A stretch of DNA of 64,000 bases from an uncultured Gammaproteobacteria bacterium (GTDB lineage: Bacteria > Pseudomonadota > Gammaproteobacteria > Steroidobacterales > Rariloculaceae). The stretch is from positions 2,485,285-2,549,284 of the forward strand of contig CAWAJM010000001.1 in NCBI GenBank assembly GCA_963782445.1, given 5' to 3'. The position numbers and the translations under genes are program-made. The notes below the pieces were generated by a model. It was given only the letters and a program-made list of their open reading frames with translations, was not told the DNA's origin and did not search any database. This document shows, one piece after another, positions 27,712 through 37,102 of this stretch; position 1 is the first letter of the stretch, and the number at the start of each line of letters is the position of its first letter.

Positions 27712-30255
27712 TTAAGCCTCGGCGACCGCTTCGAAACCCGCGCGGCGCGCGAGCAGCTCTGCGAAGGCGTCGGGATGACAGGGCTTGCTGAAGTGGAAAC
27801 CCTGCATGTGATCGCAACCGCTTTCGCGGAGAAACGCGCACTGCGGAGCCGTCTCGACGCCTTCGGCCACGATCTTGACGCCGAGCGTCTTGCCGAGCGA
27901 GATCACGGCCTCGGTAATCGCCGTGTCCTCGACGCTGCCCGGGATGTCGCGGATGAACGAACGGTCGATCTTGAGCGTGTCGATGGGAAAGCGCTTGAGC
28001 TGCGAAAGCGAAGAGTAGCCGGTGCCGAAATCGTCGATCGCGAGCCTGACGCCGAGACGCTTGATGCCGGCGATGCGCTCGGCCACCTGATCGAGATCGT
28101 GCATGATCACGCCCTCGGTGATCTCGAGCTCGAGAAAACCCGGGGCCATCCCGGTCTGCTCGAGGACTTCGGCGATATCGCAGAGCAGATTGGGGTCCTT
28201 GAATTGCCGCGGCGAGAGGTTGACCGACATGACCACGGCGGGCAGGCCTTGACGCTGCCATGCGACATTCTGCTCGCAGGCGGTGCGCAGCACCCACTTA
28301 CCGATCGGCACGATGAGCCCCGTGTCTTCGGCAACGGGAATGAACTGCGCGGGGGATACGGTACCGAGCTGGGGATTCCACCAGCGCAGCAGGGCCTCCG
28401 TGCCGACGATCCGGCCGGTCGCGAGGCACACTTGGGGCTGGTACTTCACCGAGAACTCCGTCTGCTCCAGCGCACGGCCGAGCTGGGCCTCGAGGATCAG
28501 CCGCTCGACGGACATCGGGCTCGTCTCGGGCGAGTAGAACTGGTAGTTGTTCTTGCCTTCTTCCTTCGCGAGATACATGGCGACGTCCGCGTGCTTCATG
28601 AGAGACAGGGCATCCACGGCGTCGTCGGGAAACCGCGCGATGCCGATGCTGGCCGTGACGCGGCACTCCTGCTCCATGATGGTCACGGGCTCGATGACCG
28701 CCGCGAGGACCTTTGCGGCGACGTCGGCCGCCGCCGGGGCACCGCAGTCCTTGAGCAGCACGACGAACTCGTCGCCGCCGAGCCGCGCCACCATGTCGGA
28801 CATTCTGACGCAGCGGCTCAGCCGCGCCGACATCTCGCGGAGCAGCTGGTCGCCCGCCTCGTGGCCCAACGAATCGTTGATCACCTTGAAGCGGTCGAGA
28901 TCGATGAACAGCACGGCACACTGGCCGTCTCGACGGCGCGTCGTCTCGATCGTGTGATTCAACAGTTCGCCGAAGGTCGCGCGGTTCGGCAGGCCGGTCA
29001 TGTCGTCGTGCGTCGCGAGATATCTGATGCGAGCCTCGGCGATCTTGCGCTCGGAGATGTCCTCGACAATCGAAATGTCGTAGAGCGGAGCGCCTTCGGC
29101 GTTACGTTTGAGCGTGCTCTTGATGCGGACCCAGATCGTCTCGCCGTCCCGCCGGACGTAGCGTTTCTCGGTCGTCAGGGAATCGATCTCATTGGCATGC
29201 AGCCGCGTCCTGTCCTCGGTCGTCACGTCAACGTCCTCGGGGTGAGAAACATCCCTAATCGTCAGGCCCAGAAGCTCGTCCATCCCGTAACCGAGCATGT
29301 CGCAGAGCTGCTTGTTGGCCCACATGAACCGGCCTTCGAGGTCCACGTGGGCGATACCGATCGCGGCGAGCTCCACCGTGCTCGAGTAGCGCTCCTCGCT
29401 GTCGCGCAGCTGAGTCTCGAGCTCCCAGCGTTCCGTCACGTCGCGGATCGTGCCGATCACCGAACGCGGCCGCCCGCACTCGTCCCCGCGAATCTCGATG
29501 CGCAGCTCGACGACCTTGCGGCGGCCCCCGCCGAGCACCAGGCGAATCCTCACCGGCTCCAGGCGGACATTGCCGACGTTGACGTTGCGCGTGCCCTGGA
29601 TCAGCATCTCGCGATCGTCGGGGTGGACCCTGCAGATGAAGTTGTCGAACGAGGCCTCGTGCACCTCGGGGTCGAGATCGAGGATGCGGAACAGCTCGTC
29701 GGACCACCAGTTCGCATTCGTGGCGAGGTCCCATTCCCAGTTGCCGATCTTGGCCAGCCGCTGGGCTTCCTTGTAGCGTGACTCGCTGAGCCGCAGGGCC
29801 GTCTCGATGGCCTTGCGCTCGGTGATGTCCTGCAGCGTCCCCGATACGCGTACGGGCCGCCCGTCGGCGCCGAGCGTGACCTCGCCCTGAATGTGGACAA
29901 TCTTCTCGGTGCCGTCCCGGAGGCGCAAGCGGATGTCTATGCCGGGCCGGCCCGTGTTGGCCATGACCTTCTCGACGGACTCCTCGAGACGCCGGCGGTC
30001 CTCCGGATGCGTCATCTCGCGAAACAGCCCGTACGAGGGTGCCTCGGCCGCGGGATCGACGCCGAAGATGCGGTACAGCTCGGCCGACCACCAGTTGCGG
30101 TCGCGGACGAGGTCCCATTCCCAATTCCCGATCTTGGCGATGCGCTGTGCTTCGTTGAGGCGGGCCTCGCTGCGGGCGATCTGCTCCTCGGCGCCCACCG
30201 GCTCCCCCGAGATGTCTCCAGTGGATATTCGGCCGGACTGTGGGAGAACGATCAT
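27712..30255 (-). CDS. PAS(x3)-GGDEF-EAL c-di-GMP turnover protein
   Basis: Two PAS_3 repeats ('AKIGNWEWDL') plus a third PAS; intact 'RLGGDEF', 'EALLRW' and 'IDDFGTGYSSL'. Start uncertain (30255-30381). Confidence 0.92.
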   Translation of the reverse strand: MIVLPQSGRISTGDISGEPVGAEEQIARSEARLNEAQRIAKIGNWEWDLVRDRNWWSAELYRIFGVDPAAEAPSYGLFREMTHPEDRRRLEESVEKVMANTGRPGIDIRLRLRDGTEKIVHIQGEVTLGADGRPVRVSGTLQDITERKAIETALRLSESRYKEAQRLAKIGNWEWDLATNANWWSDELFRILDLDPEVHEASFDNFICRVHPDDREMLIQGTRNVNVGNVRLEPVRIRLVLGGGRRKVVELRIEIRGDECGRPRSVIGTIRDVTERWELETQLRDSEERYSSTVELAAIGIAHVDLEGRFMWANKQLCDMLGYGMDELLGLTIRDVSHPEDVDVTTEDRTRLHANEIDSLTTEKRYVRRDGETIWVRIKSTLKRNAEGAPLYDISIVEDISERKIAEARIRYLATHDDMTGLPNRATFGELLNHTIETTRRRDGQCAVLFIDLDRFKVINDSLGHEAGDQLLREMSARLSRCVRMSDMVARLGGDEFVVLLKDCGAPAAADVAAKVLAAVIEPVTIMEQECRVTASIGIARFPDDAVDALSLMKHADVAMYLAKEEGKNNYQFYSPETSPMSVERLILEAQLGRALEQTEFSVKYQPQVCLATGRIVGTEALLRWWNPQLGTVSPAQFIPVAEDTGLIVPIGKWVLRTACEQNVAWQRQGLPAVVMSVNLSPRQFKDPNLLCDIAEVLEQTGMAPGFLELEITEGVIMHDLDQVAERIAGIKRLGVRLAIDDFGTGYSSLSQLKRFPIDTLKIDRSFIRDIPGSVEDTAITEAVISLGKTLGVKIVAEGVETAPQCAFLRESGCDHMQGFHFSKPCHPDAFAELLARRAGFEAVAEA

Positions 30256-30587
30256 GGCTGCCGTAACGAAACGCGAGGTTCGCAAGGCTAGCAGCCGGGA
30301 AAGACCCGCGACTGTGAGGGGATGCAAGCGGAACGCGCGAAGGGCGTGATCGGGATCACGTTTCGAGCGGTCTGCACGCATACGGGGCAGCCGCCGCGCC
30401 GCGGCGTCCGCCGTCCGGCGGCGCGGAGCCCGCGACCGCGGCGCGGCGGACGGCCCGCGGTCCGGCGCACGGCCCGGGGTGCCGCCAACGAGGCCTGCAT
30501 CCCCGGCTCGGTCCTAGTACACTTCGCAACTTCGTTATGTGCGATGGAGCACGCCCCTCGAGCGTGCGGCACCGAGGACCACCCCCG

Positions 30588-31307
30588 ATGAGCAAGTCTG
30601 CTGAGGCGAGAGAAGACGCCGCGCTCGAGATTCGATTCGGCCCCGTCGACTTGGCGCAGGTGCGCCTGCGCACGACGGATCCCGGCGCAATCCTCGACGA
30701 CCTGACGGGACGGGTCGCCACGGCGCCGCGCTTCTTCGACCGCACGGCGGTCTCGCTGGACCTCTCGATGCTGCCCGAGGAGCCGGCGGCCGACGCCTTG
30801 AAAGCGGTCCTGGAGGCCGTGCGCCGTGCCGGCATGTTGCCCATGGGACTCGTTCAGGGCCCGGCCTTCGTCGACGCGCTGGCGCGCGCGCTCGAGCTGC
30901 CCGTGCTGCCGCCGCAACGCCCGCGCGAGCGGCCCGCGGCGATCCAACCGGCACCGCGGCCCGCCGAGCCCGAGTCGCGCGCACTCATGCACCACCAGCC
31001 GATCCGTTCCGGGCAGCGCGTCTACGCGCGCAATCGCGACCTCGTCGTCACGGCGACGGTCGGCGCCGGCGCCGAGGTCATGGCGGACGGTTCGGTGCAC
31101 GTCTACGGCGCCCTGCGAGGCCGCGCGATCGCGGGCCAAAACGGCGACGCCACGGCGCGCATGTTCTGCCAGGAGTTCCGCGCCGAGCTCGTCTCGATCG
31201 CGGGCGTGTTCCGCGTCTTCGAGACCTTGCCCGCCGAGCTGGCCGGTCACCCCGTGCAGGCGTGGCTGGACGGCGAGGACTTGCGCTTCGAGCGCATCGG
31301 CGCCTGA
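30588..31307 (+). CDS. minC: Septum site-determining protein MinC
   Basis: 'IRSGQRVYA', 'GAEVMADGSVHVYGALRGRAIAG', 'AELVSIAG'. Confidence 0.95.
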   Translation: MSKSAEAREDAALEIRFGPVDLAQVRLRTTDPGAILDDLTGRVATAPRFFDRTAVSLDLSMLPEEPAADALKAVLEAVRRAGMLPMGLVQGPAFVDALARALELPVLPPQRPRERPAAIQPAPRPAEPESRALMHHQPIRSGQRVYARNRDLVVTATVGAGAEVMADGSVHVYGALRGRAIAGQNGDATARMFCQEFRAELVSIAGVFRVFETLPAELAGHPVQAWLDGEDLRFERIGA

Positions 31308-31341
31308 CCGCTCCGAACACCATCTTTCAGGAGATCCTGCA

Positions 31342-32154
31342 TTGACCGAGATCATCGTCGTGACCTCAGGCAAGGGCGGCGTCGGCAAGACGACGACCTC
31401 CGCCAGCATCGCCTGTGGGCTTGCAAACCAGGGCAAACGCGTGGCCGTGCTCGACTTCGACATCGGCCTGCGCAACCTCGACCTGATCATGGGCTGCGAA
31501 CGCCGCGTCGTCTACGACTTCGTCAACGTAATCAACGAGGAGTGCACGCTCAAGCAAGCGCTGATCAAGGACAAGCGCATCGACACGCTGTTCGTCCTGG
31601 CCGCGTCCCAAACCCGGGACAAGGATGCGCTGACGAGCGAGGGCGTGCGGCGGGTCCTCGACGAGCTCATCGAGGACGGCTTCGACTACATCATCTGCGA
31701 TTCGCCCGCGGGCATCGAGAAAGGCGCTCATCTAGCCATGTACTTCGCCGACCGCGCAATCGTCGTCGTGAATCCCGAGGTCTCGTCGGTGCGCGACTCG
31801 GACCGCATCCTGGGCCTGCTCGCGAGCAAGACGCACCGGGCCGAGAAGGGAGACGGCGCGGTCAAGGAGCACCTGCTCCTAACCCGATACAGCCCGCGGC
31901 GCGTCACGACGGGCGAAATGCTCAGCGTTGCGGACGTCCAGGAGATCCTCGGCATCGACATCCTCGGCGTGATTCCGGAATCCCAGGACGTGCTCTCGGC
32001 TTCGAACGCCGGGACGCCGATCATCCTGAACGACCAAAGCAACGTCTCAGGCGCCTATCGGGACGCGGTTTCGCGCCTCCTCGGCCAATCGGTGCCGCTA
32101 CGCTTCATCGAAGAGCAGAAGAAGGGATTCTTCGCTCGCATGCTCGGGAGTTGA
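31342..32154 (+). CDS. minD: Septum site-determining ATPase MinD
   Basis: TTG start after AGGAG; 'TSGKGGVGKTT', 'DIGLRNLD', 'DSPAGIE'; C-terminal membrane-targeting helix 'KKGFFARMLG'. Confidence 0.97.
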   Translation: MTEIIVVTSGKGGVGKTTTSASIACGLANQGKRVAVLDFDIGLRNLDLIMGCERRVVYDFVNVINEECTLKQALIKDKRIDTLFVLAASQTRDKDALTSEGVRRVLDELIEDGFDYIICDSPAGIEKGAHLAMYFADRAIVVVNPEVSSVRDSDRILGLLASKTHRAEKGDGAVKEHLLLTRYSPRRVTTGEMLSVADVQEILGIDILGVIPESQDVLSASNAGTPIILNDQSNVSGAYRDAVSRLLGQSVPLRFIEEQKKGFFARMLGS

Positions 32155-32155
32155 C

Positions 32156-32422
32156 ATGGGCCTGCTCGCACTCTTCCAACGCAAACCCGCATCCGCGCAG
32201 ATCGCGAAGGAACGCCTGCGCATCATCGTCTCGCAGGAACGCAGCGCCCGCGACGGGCCGGACTACTTGCCGCTGCTGCGCCGCGAGCTCCTCGAGGTCA
32301 TTCGCAAATACGTGAACGTCGATCCCGAAGCCGTCCAGATCAATCTGGAAAGCGAGGATGGGCACGACGTCCTGGAGCTCTCCGTCGCGCTGCCCGAGAA
32401 GCAGGAGAAGCAGCAGACCTGA
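32156..32422 (+). CDS. minE: Cell division topological specificity factor MinE
   Basis: 'SAQIAKERLRIIV', 'ELLEVIRKYV'; follows minD. Confidence 0.97.
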   Translation: MGLLALFQRKPASAQIAKERLRIIVSQERSARDGPDYLPLLRRELLEVIRKYVNVDPEAVQINLESEDGHDVLELSVALPEKQEKQQT

Positions 32423-32446
32423 TCGGCGCTCGAGACCGCGGCGCGT

Positions 32447-34189
32447 CTATCGCGCCCAGGCGACGGGCCGCGGAACGTGCATCGTGACGAGCACGATGGG
32501 CCGACCGCCCGTCGGCTCGATCTGGTGCGGCGTCTGCTCGGGCACGAACACGAAGTCACCCTTCGCCAAGGCCTGCGAGCGGCCGCCTTCGATCGAGGGC
32601 CCGCTCAGATTGTAGGGGTTCACGCGTCGCACATTCACGATCCGGCCGCCCGTCACGAGAATGCCCGTGCCGTCGAGCACGTACATGAGCTCGGCATCCT
32701 TCTCGTGCAGGGCCGCCGGCGCCAATGCGGGGCGGTATTCGATCAGCGCTCGGTAGGGGGCGAGCGAGAGAATCGGCTCGGCGACGAGCGGCTGCCCGTC
32801 CTTGCGGTCCGCCTTGGCCTTCTCCACGAGCGCCGCCACGTCGCCGGCGGATATGAAGCTGCGCAGCGCCGCCGGCACGGCTTGCCGTGCGCTGCCGGGC
32901 GCTGCCGCGTCCACGTGCAGCACGGCGCCCTCCTTCTCGTCCGTCAGGAGATAAAGCGAGCCGTCCGGCGCCTCGCGCACGTCGCGCAGCCGCTGCCCGA
33001 GCTCGGTCAACATGCGCTCCTGACCGACGGGCTCACCGGCCCCGTCGAGGCTGACCCTGAGCAGCGCGTGCGTCATCGTGCCGATCAAAATGTTGCCGCG
33101 CCAGGCCGGGAAGCGGTTGCCGCGATAGACGGCGAGGTTTCCCGGATTGATCGACGGCGCCCAGTACAGCACGGGGTCCTGCATGCCCGGCACGCCGTGT
33201 GAGCCCCGGGCCACGCGTTCGCCGTTGTAGTGCGCGCCTTCCGTCACGAGAATCCAGCCGTAATTCTTCCCGGCCTCGATGCGGTTCAGCTCGTCCCCGC
33301 CGCGTGGGCCGAACTCGGTCGACCACAGCTGCCCGCTCGCGCGATCGAACGTGAGGCCCGTCGGGTTGCGATGGCCCAGCGTGTAGATCTCGGGCCGGTA
33401 TCCCGGCTTGCCGACGAATGGGTTGTCGGCCGGTATCGTGCCGTCGGCGCGGATGCGCAGGATCTTGCCCAGGTCGGAGCCCGGATCCTGCGCCTTTTCG
33501 CCCCAGTTCCGGTCGCCGCTCGCGACGTAGAGCGTCCCGTCGGGGCCGAATGCCATGCGCGCGCCGTAGCTGCCGTCCGCCGGCCCCTGACCGCAGCAGC
33601 GATGGTTCGCGGCGGCCATGGCCGGGCCATACCACTCGGGCGCGACGAAGATGTCCTCGACCTGCTCCAGCTTCGGCCCGCCGTCCCAGCGGGCTCTCGC
33701 GACGGCCAGCGTCGAGACGGTCGGATCCTCCGGGCTCGGCTTCGAGTACGAGAAGTAGATCAGCCGGTTGTGCTCGAAATCGGGATGCAGGACCACATCC
33801 ATGAGTCCCCCGATGACGGCGGCCCGGATGGACGGCAGGCCCGCAATGGGCCGCGGATCGAGCGTACCGCCGCGAATCACGCGTAGGCGTCCCGGCCGCT
33901 CGGTCACGAGCATGCCGCCGTGGGGCAGGAAGGCCAGGCCCCAGGGATGATCCAAACCCTTCGCGACGACCGTGACGTGCAAGCGCGCGCGCTCGGTCTC
34001 GAAATTCCATGGGCCGTTGCCGAGCGGCTTCGTGACGGGGCGTCGCGGCTCGCGCCGCGGGGCGCGTTGGGCGCCGGTTGGCGGAGGCGCCGCCTGCGGC
34101 GACTGCGCGCCGGCCGGGGCGGCGGCGCCGGCGAGCAAGCCGGCGAGGAGCAGCACGGGCATCGGTCTCGATGCGCGGGAGCGCTTCAT
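32447..34189 (-). CDS. PQQ-dependent aldose sugar dehydrogenase (YliI-like) fused to a C-terminal cupin domain
   Basis: 'GLDHPWGLAF', 'TERPGRL', 'GKILRI', 'GHRNP.G', 'GPRGGDELN', 'NYGW'; then cupin motifs 'LHEKDAE' and 'GDFVFVP..TPH'. Confidence 0.88.
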   Translation of the reverse strand: MKRSRASRPMPVLLLAGLLAGAAAPAGAQSPQAAPPPTGAQRAPRREPRRPVTKPLGNGPWNFETERARLHVTVVAKGLDHPWGLAFLPHGGMLVTERPGRLRVIRGGTLDPRPIAGLPSIRAAVIGGLMDVVLHPDFEHNRLIYFSYSKPSPEDPTVSTLAVARARWDGGPKLEQVEDIFVAPEWYGPAMAAANHRCCGQGPADGSYGARMAFGPDGTLYVASGDRNWGEKAQDPGSDLGKILRIRADGTIPADNPFVGKPGYRPEIYTLGHRNPTGLTFDRASGQLWSTEFGPRGGDELNRIEAGKNYGWILVTEGAHYNGERVARGSHGVPGMQDPVLYWAPSINPGNLAVYRGNRFPAWRGNILIGTMTHALLRVSLDGAGEPVGQERMLTELGQRLRDVREAPDGSLYLLTDEKEGAVLHVDAAAPGSARQAVPAALRSFISAGDVAALVEKAKADRKDGQPLVAEPILSLAPYRALIEYRPALAPAALHEKDAELMYVLDGTGILVTGGRIVNVRRVNPYNLSGPSIEGGRSQALAKGDFVFVPEQTPHQIEPTGGRPIVLVTMHVPRPVAWAR

Positions 34190-34415
34190 GGTTCGTTCTC
34201 CGGCGCGCGGGCAGCGCCTTTTTTCGGACTCTACCTGCGATCCGCGCCGCCGGCCACTTCAGTGCCCGGCCGCCTCGAAGCCGGACCGCGATCGCACTGC
34301 ACGGCGCCGCGGCGCGAGGCGGCGGGTCCGGCGCCGCGGGGCGGTGGGCGTTCACCGCAGGCGAGGCCTTGGCTCGATCCCTGCAGTGTTCGTGAACCGA
34401 CAGGAGGTCGATACC

Positions 34416-34754
34416 ATGCACAGGCTGCGTATCCTCGTCGCTGCCGGGATCGTTGCATGCGGCGCGGTCTTACTGCCGACTCGAGACGTCCATGCCGTCG
34501 CATCCTTCCGCTGCTCGGGGGCGCTGATCGTGCCCGGCATGACGGCCGGAGAAGTGCTGGCGAAGTGCGGCAAACCGACGTGGCGGGCCTTTAACGCCGC
34601 GCCCGTCAGGGCACGCGGTCTGCGCGGCACGCACATTTCGGGCTTCTCGAGCATCGAGTACTGGACGTATGATCGGGCGCCGGGCGAGTTCGCCGTGCGG
34701 CTGCGCTTCGCGGACGGGCGCCTCGAGACGATCCATCTGCTGTACGTCCGGTAG
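34416..34754 (+). CDS. Small secreted protein (DUF2845-like)
   Basis: RBS AGGAGG; signal peptide; 'FRC', 'EVLAKCG.P', 'EYWTYD', 'LRFADGRL'. Confidence 0.75.
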   Translation: MHRLRILVAAGIVACGAVLLPTRDVHAVASFRCSGALIVPGMTAGEVLAKCGKPTWRAFNAAPVRARGLRGTHISGFSSIEYWTYDRAPGEFAVRLRFADGRLETIHLLYVR

Positions 34755-34980
34755 CGCCCCGCCGGCCGCGGCCGCAAGGCGTCTTGCGGGAACTGGATTT
34801 GAAATCGGAGTGCAAAAGCTGCTGCCCGGAGGCCGCGGACCGGGCCGCGCAGCGGGCCCGGGCCGGCCAGTCGGCCCGTAACGGCCGCCCGGAGGACTTG
34901 CGTGGGCGGGTGGCGCTTGTCAGGATCAGCAGCTGGCCGACTGGGCCGCATCATCAACCAACAAACAAATGGGCAAAGCC

Positions 34981-35559
34981 ATGAAACATCTTCTGCTCGG
35001 TGTCCTGTGCTCCAGCGTCGTCGCCATGCCTGCATTCGCGGCGCTCCGGGAGGGCGACATGGCCCCGAAGTTCGAGGCCAAGGCGTCCTTGGCAGGAAAG
35101 GCATTCGAGTACAACCTCGCCGATGCGTTGAAGAAGGGGCCCGTGGTCGTTTACTTCTATCCGTCCGCCTACACGCAGGGTTGCGACATCGAAGCCCACA
35201 CGTTCTCCGAGAACATGGCCAAATTCAAAGCCGCGGGCGCCAGCGTGATCGGCGTTTCGCTGGACAGCATCGACCGGCTCAACGACTTCTCGGCCGATCC
35301 GAAGTATTGCGCCGGCAAGCTGCCCGTGGCCTCCGACTCGGCGGGCTCGATCGCGAAATCCTTCGAAGTCGGCGTGCACGCCGGCCGCGCCGGGCTCAAG
35401 GACGTGCGCGGCGTCGAGATCGGTCACGGCTTCGCCGACCGGACGACTTTCGTGCTCGCCCCGGACGGCAAGGTGGCCGCGACTTTCTCCGGGATTTCGC
35501 CCGCCGAGCACGTCATGAAGTCCCTCGAGGCGGTCAAAAAGCTCGACCACGCCCACTGA
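34981..35559 (+). CDS. Periplasmic peroxiredoxin (BCP-like)
   Basis: Signal peptide; 'VVYFYP.AYT.GC', 'IGVS.D', 'RTTFV'. Confidence 0.9.
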   Translation: MKHLLLGVLCSSVVAMPAFAALREGDMAPKFEAKASLAGKAFEYNLADALKKGPVVVYFYPSAYTQGCDIEAHTFSENMAKFKAAGASVIGVSLDSIDRLNDFSADPKYCAGKLPVASDSAGSIAKSFEVGVHAGRAGLKDVRGVEIGHGFADRTTFVLAPDGKVAATFSGISPAEHVMKSLEAVKKLDHAH

Positions 35560-35655
35560 GGCGCGCCTTCGAGTATCATCGCGGCGGGGCGCATCCTGCG
35601 CCCCGCCGGCCCGCGCGTTCCCGCGCCGATCCGCAAACCTCCGCATGCAAGCCGA

Positions 35656-36618
35656 GTGAAGACCTTGTCGTCGAGTCTTGCCAAGCTCTCGATCGAGCAG
35701 ATCCGCGAACGCTATGCGCGTGAGGACCTCTCGGTCTCGCCGCAGCTGCTGAACAAGCTCAAGCGCGATCCGCGCCGCGGCGTCCGCCGCCTCTATGAGA
35801 CGCTGCTGAAGCGCTACGAGCGCGAGCGGGCCGAAAAGCTCCGCCTCGACGCCATGTTGAACTTCGAACGCGTTTTGTGGCGTTCGGGCGTCGGCCGCAT
35901 TGCCGGCGTTGACGAAGCCGGCACGGGACCGCTCGCGGGCCCGGTCGTCGCGGCCGCGGTCGTATTCCCGCCGCACACCGAGCTTGCCGGCATCGACGAT
36001 TCCAAGCGCCTCGACGCGACGCAGCGCGCCGAGGCAGAGCGCGCGATTCGGGCAGCGGCGGCCGGCGTCGGCGTCGGCGTCGCCGAGGTCGAAGAGATAG
36101 ATCGCATTAACATCTATCAAGCCGCGCTGCTCGCCATGCGGCGCGCCGTCGAGGCACTCCCCGAGGCCCCGGAGCACGTGCTAGTCGACGCCCGCAGCAT
36201 TCCGGGCATCCCGATCCCGCAGAACGCCTTCAACAAGGGCGACGGCATGGACTTCTCGATCGCCGCGGCATCGATCATCGCAAAGACGCATCGCGACCGG
36301 CTCATGGACGCGCTCGCCGTACGCCATCCCGGCTACGGCTTCGAGCGTCACAAGGGTTACGGCACGCCGGAACACCAGGACGCCATCCTCCGGCTCGGCC
36401 CGTGCCCCATTCACCGGCGCTCGTTCGCTTTCCTGCGCGAGCTTCGCGGGGAGTACTCGGCCTTGTTCTACGATCTCAAGCAGCGCCTCGAGACGGCCGC
36501 CGACGCAGACGCGCTCACCGCCTTCGAAACCGCGTTCGCGGCCTGCCGCGAGGCGCTCGCCGACGACGAGCAGCGCAAGCTGCGGCTCGTGCTTACGCGC
36601 CGCTGGAAGGCAATCTAG
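35656..36618 (+). CDS. rnhB: Ribonuclease HII with N- and C-terminal extensions
   Basis: 'AGVDEAG.GPLAGPVVAAAV', 'DDSK', 'INI', 'KGD', 'SIAAASIIAK', 'KGYGT', 'HRRSF'. Confidence 0.93.
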   Translation: MKTLSSSLAKLSIEQIRERYAREDLSVSPQLLNKLKRDPRRGVRRLYETLLKRYERERAEKLRLDAMLNFERVLWRSGVGRIAGVDEAGTGPLAGPVVAAAVVFPPHTELAGIDDSKRLDATQRAEAERAIRAAAAGVGVGVAEVEEIDRINIYQAALLAMRRAVEALPEAPEHVLVDARSIPGIPIPQNAFNKGDGMDFSIAAASIIAKTHRDRLMDALAVRHPGYGFERHKGYGTPEHQDAILRLGPCPIHRRSFAFLRELRGEYSALFYDLKQRLETAADADALTAFETAFAACREALADDEQRKLRLVLTRRWKAI

Positions 36619-36819
36619 CGCCGCTGCAATAGCGGCCGGCGGCGCGGTGGTACCCCACGCAGCGCGAGTAATCCGGCCGATCTACCAAAAATTCTCCTCG
36701 CCAGTCGGCCTCGTCGCGGACTTTAATGGCCGCGTGCCCGCTGGCCCGAGGTGCGCAAGGGCCGCCGCGGTCGGCGTTCGGCACATGCACGGAAAGCCGA
36801 AGGACAAGGAGGAAGTCCA

Positions 36820-37035
36820 ATGAGGGAACTGACGACGGTCGAGCTCGAGCTTGTCGGCGGCGCCGGCACGGTCGCGGATACGGGCAAAAGTCTGGCTTCG
36901 TTCGGCACGGCGCTCGTCGGCGTCGGCGGCATCATGGCGCTGGTTCCGGGGGGCCAGGTAGCGGGGCTCTTCGTAGCCCTGGACGGTGCCGTCTACGTCG
37001 GCGCGGGCCTGCTCCTGCAGATGATGGGCTCCTAG
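36820..37035 (+). CDS. Double-glycine-leader bacteriocin / class II microcin-like precursor (71 aa)
   Basis: RBS AAGGAGG; leader MRELTTVELELVGG followed by a 57-aa Gly/Ala-rich hydrophobic core with glycine-zipper-like spacing. Confidence 0.8.
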   Translation: MRELTTVELELVGGAGTVADTGKSLASFGTALVGVGGIMALVPGGQVAGLFVALDGAVYVGAGLLLQMMGS

Positions 37036-37057
37036 GCCGCGGGTTCGGAGCATTGCA

Positions 37058-37088
37058 GGGGCCGGCGGCGGCGCCCGCCGCCGGCCCC
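37058..37088. repeat. Perfect 14-bp GC stem-loop between the precursor and putative immunity genes
   Basis: GGGGCCGGCGGCGG-cgc-CCGCCGCCGGCCCC. Confidence 0.8.
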
Positions 37089-37102
37089 GCCCGGAGGGCC
37101 GC

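Noticed and set aside
36670..36730. Lux-box-like operator upstream of the bacteriocin precursor
   Set aside because: An AT-rich patch is present but it has no dyad symmetry or CT-N12-AG pattern.
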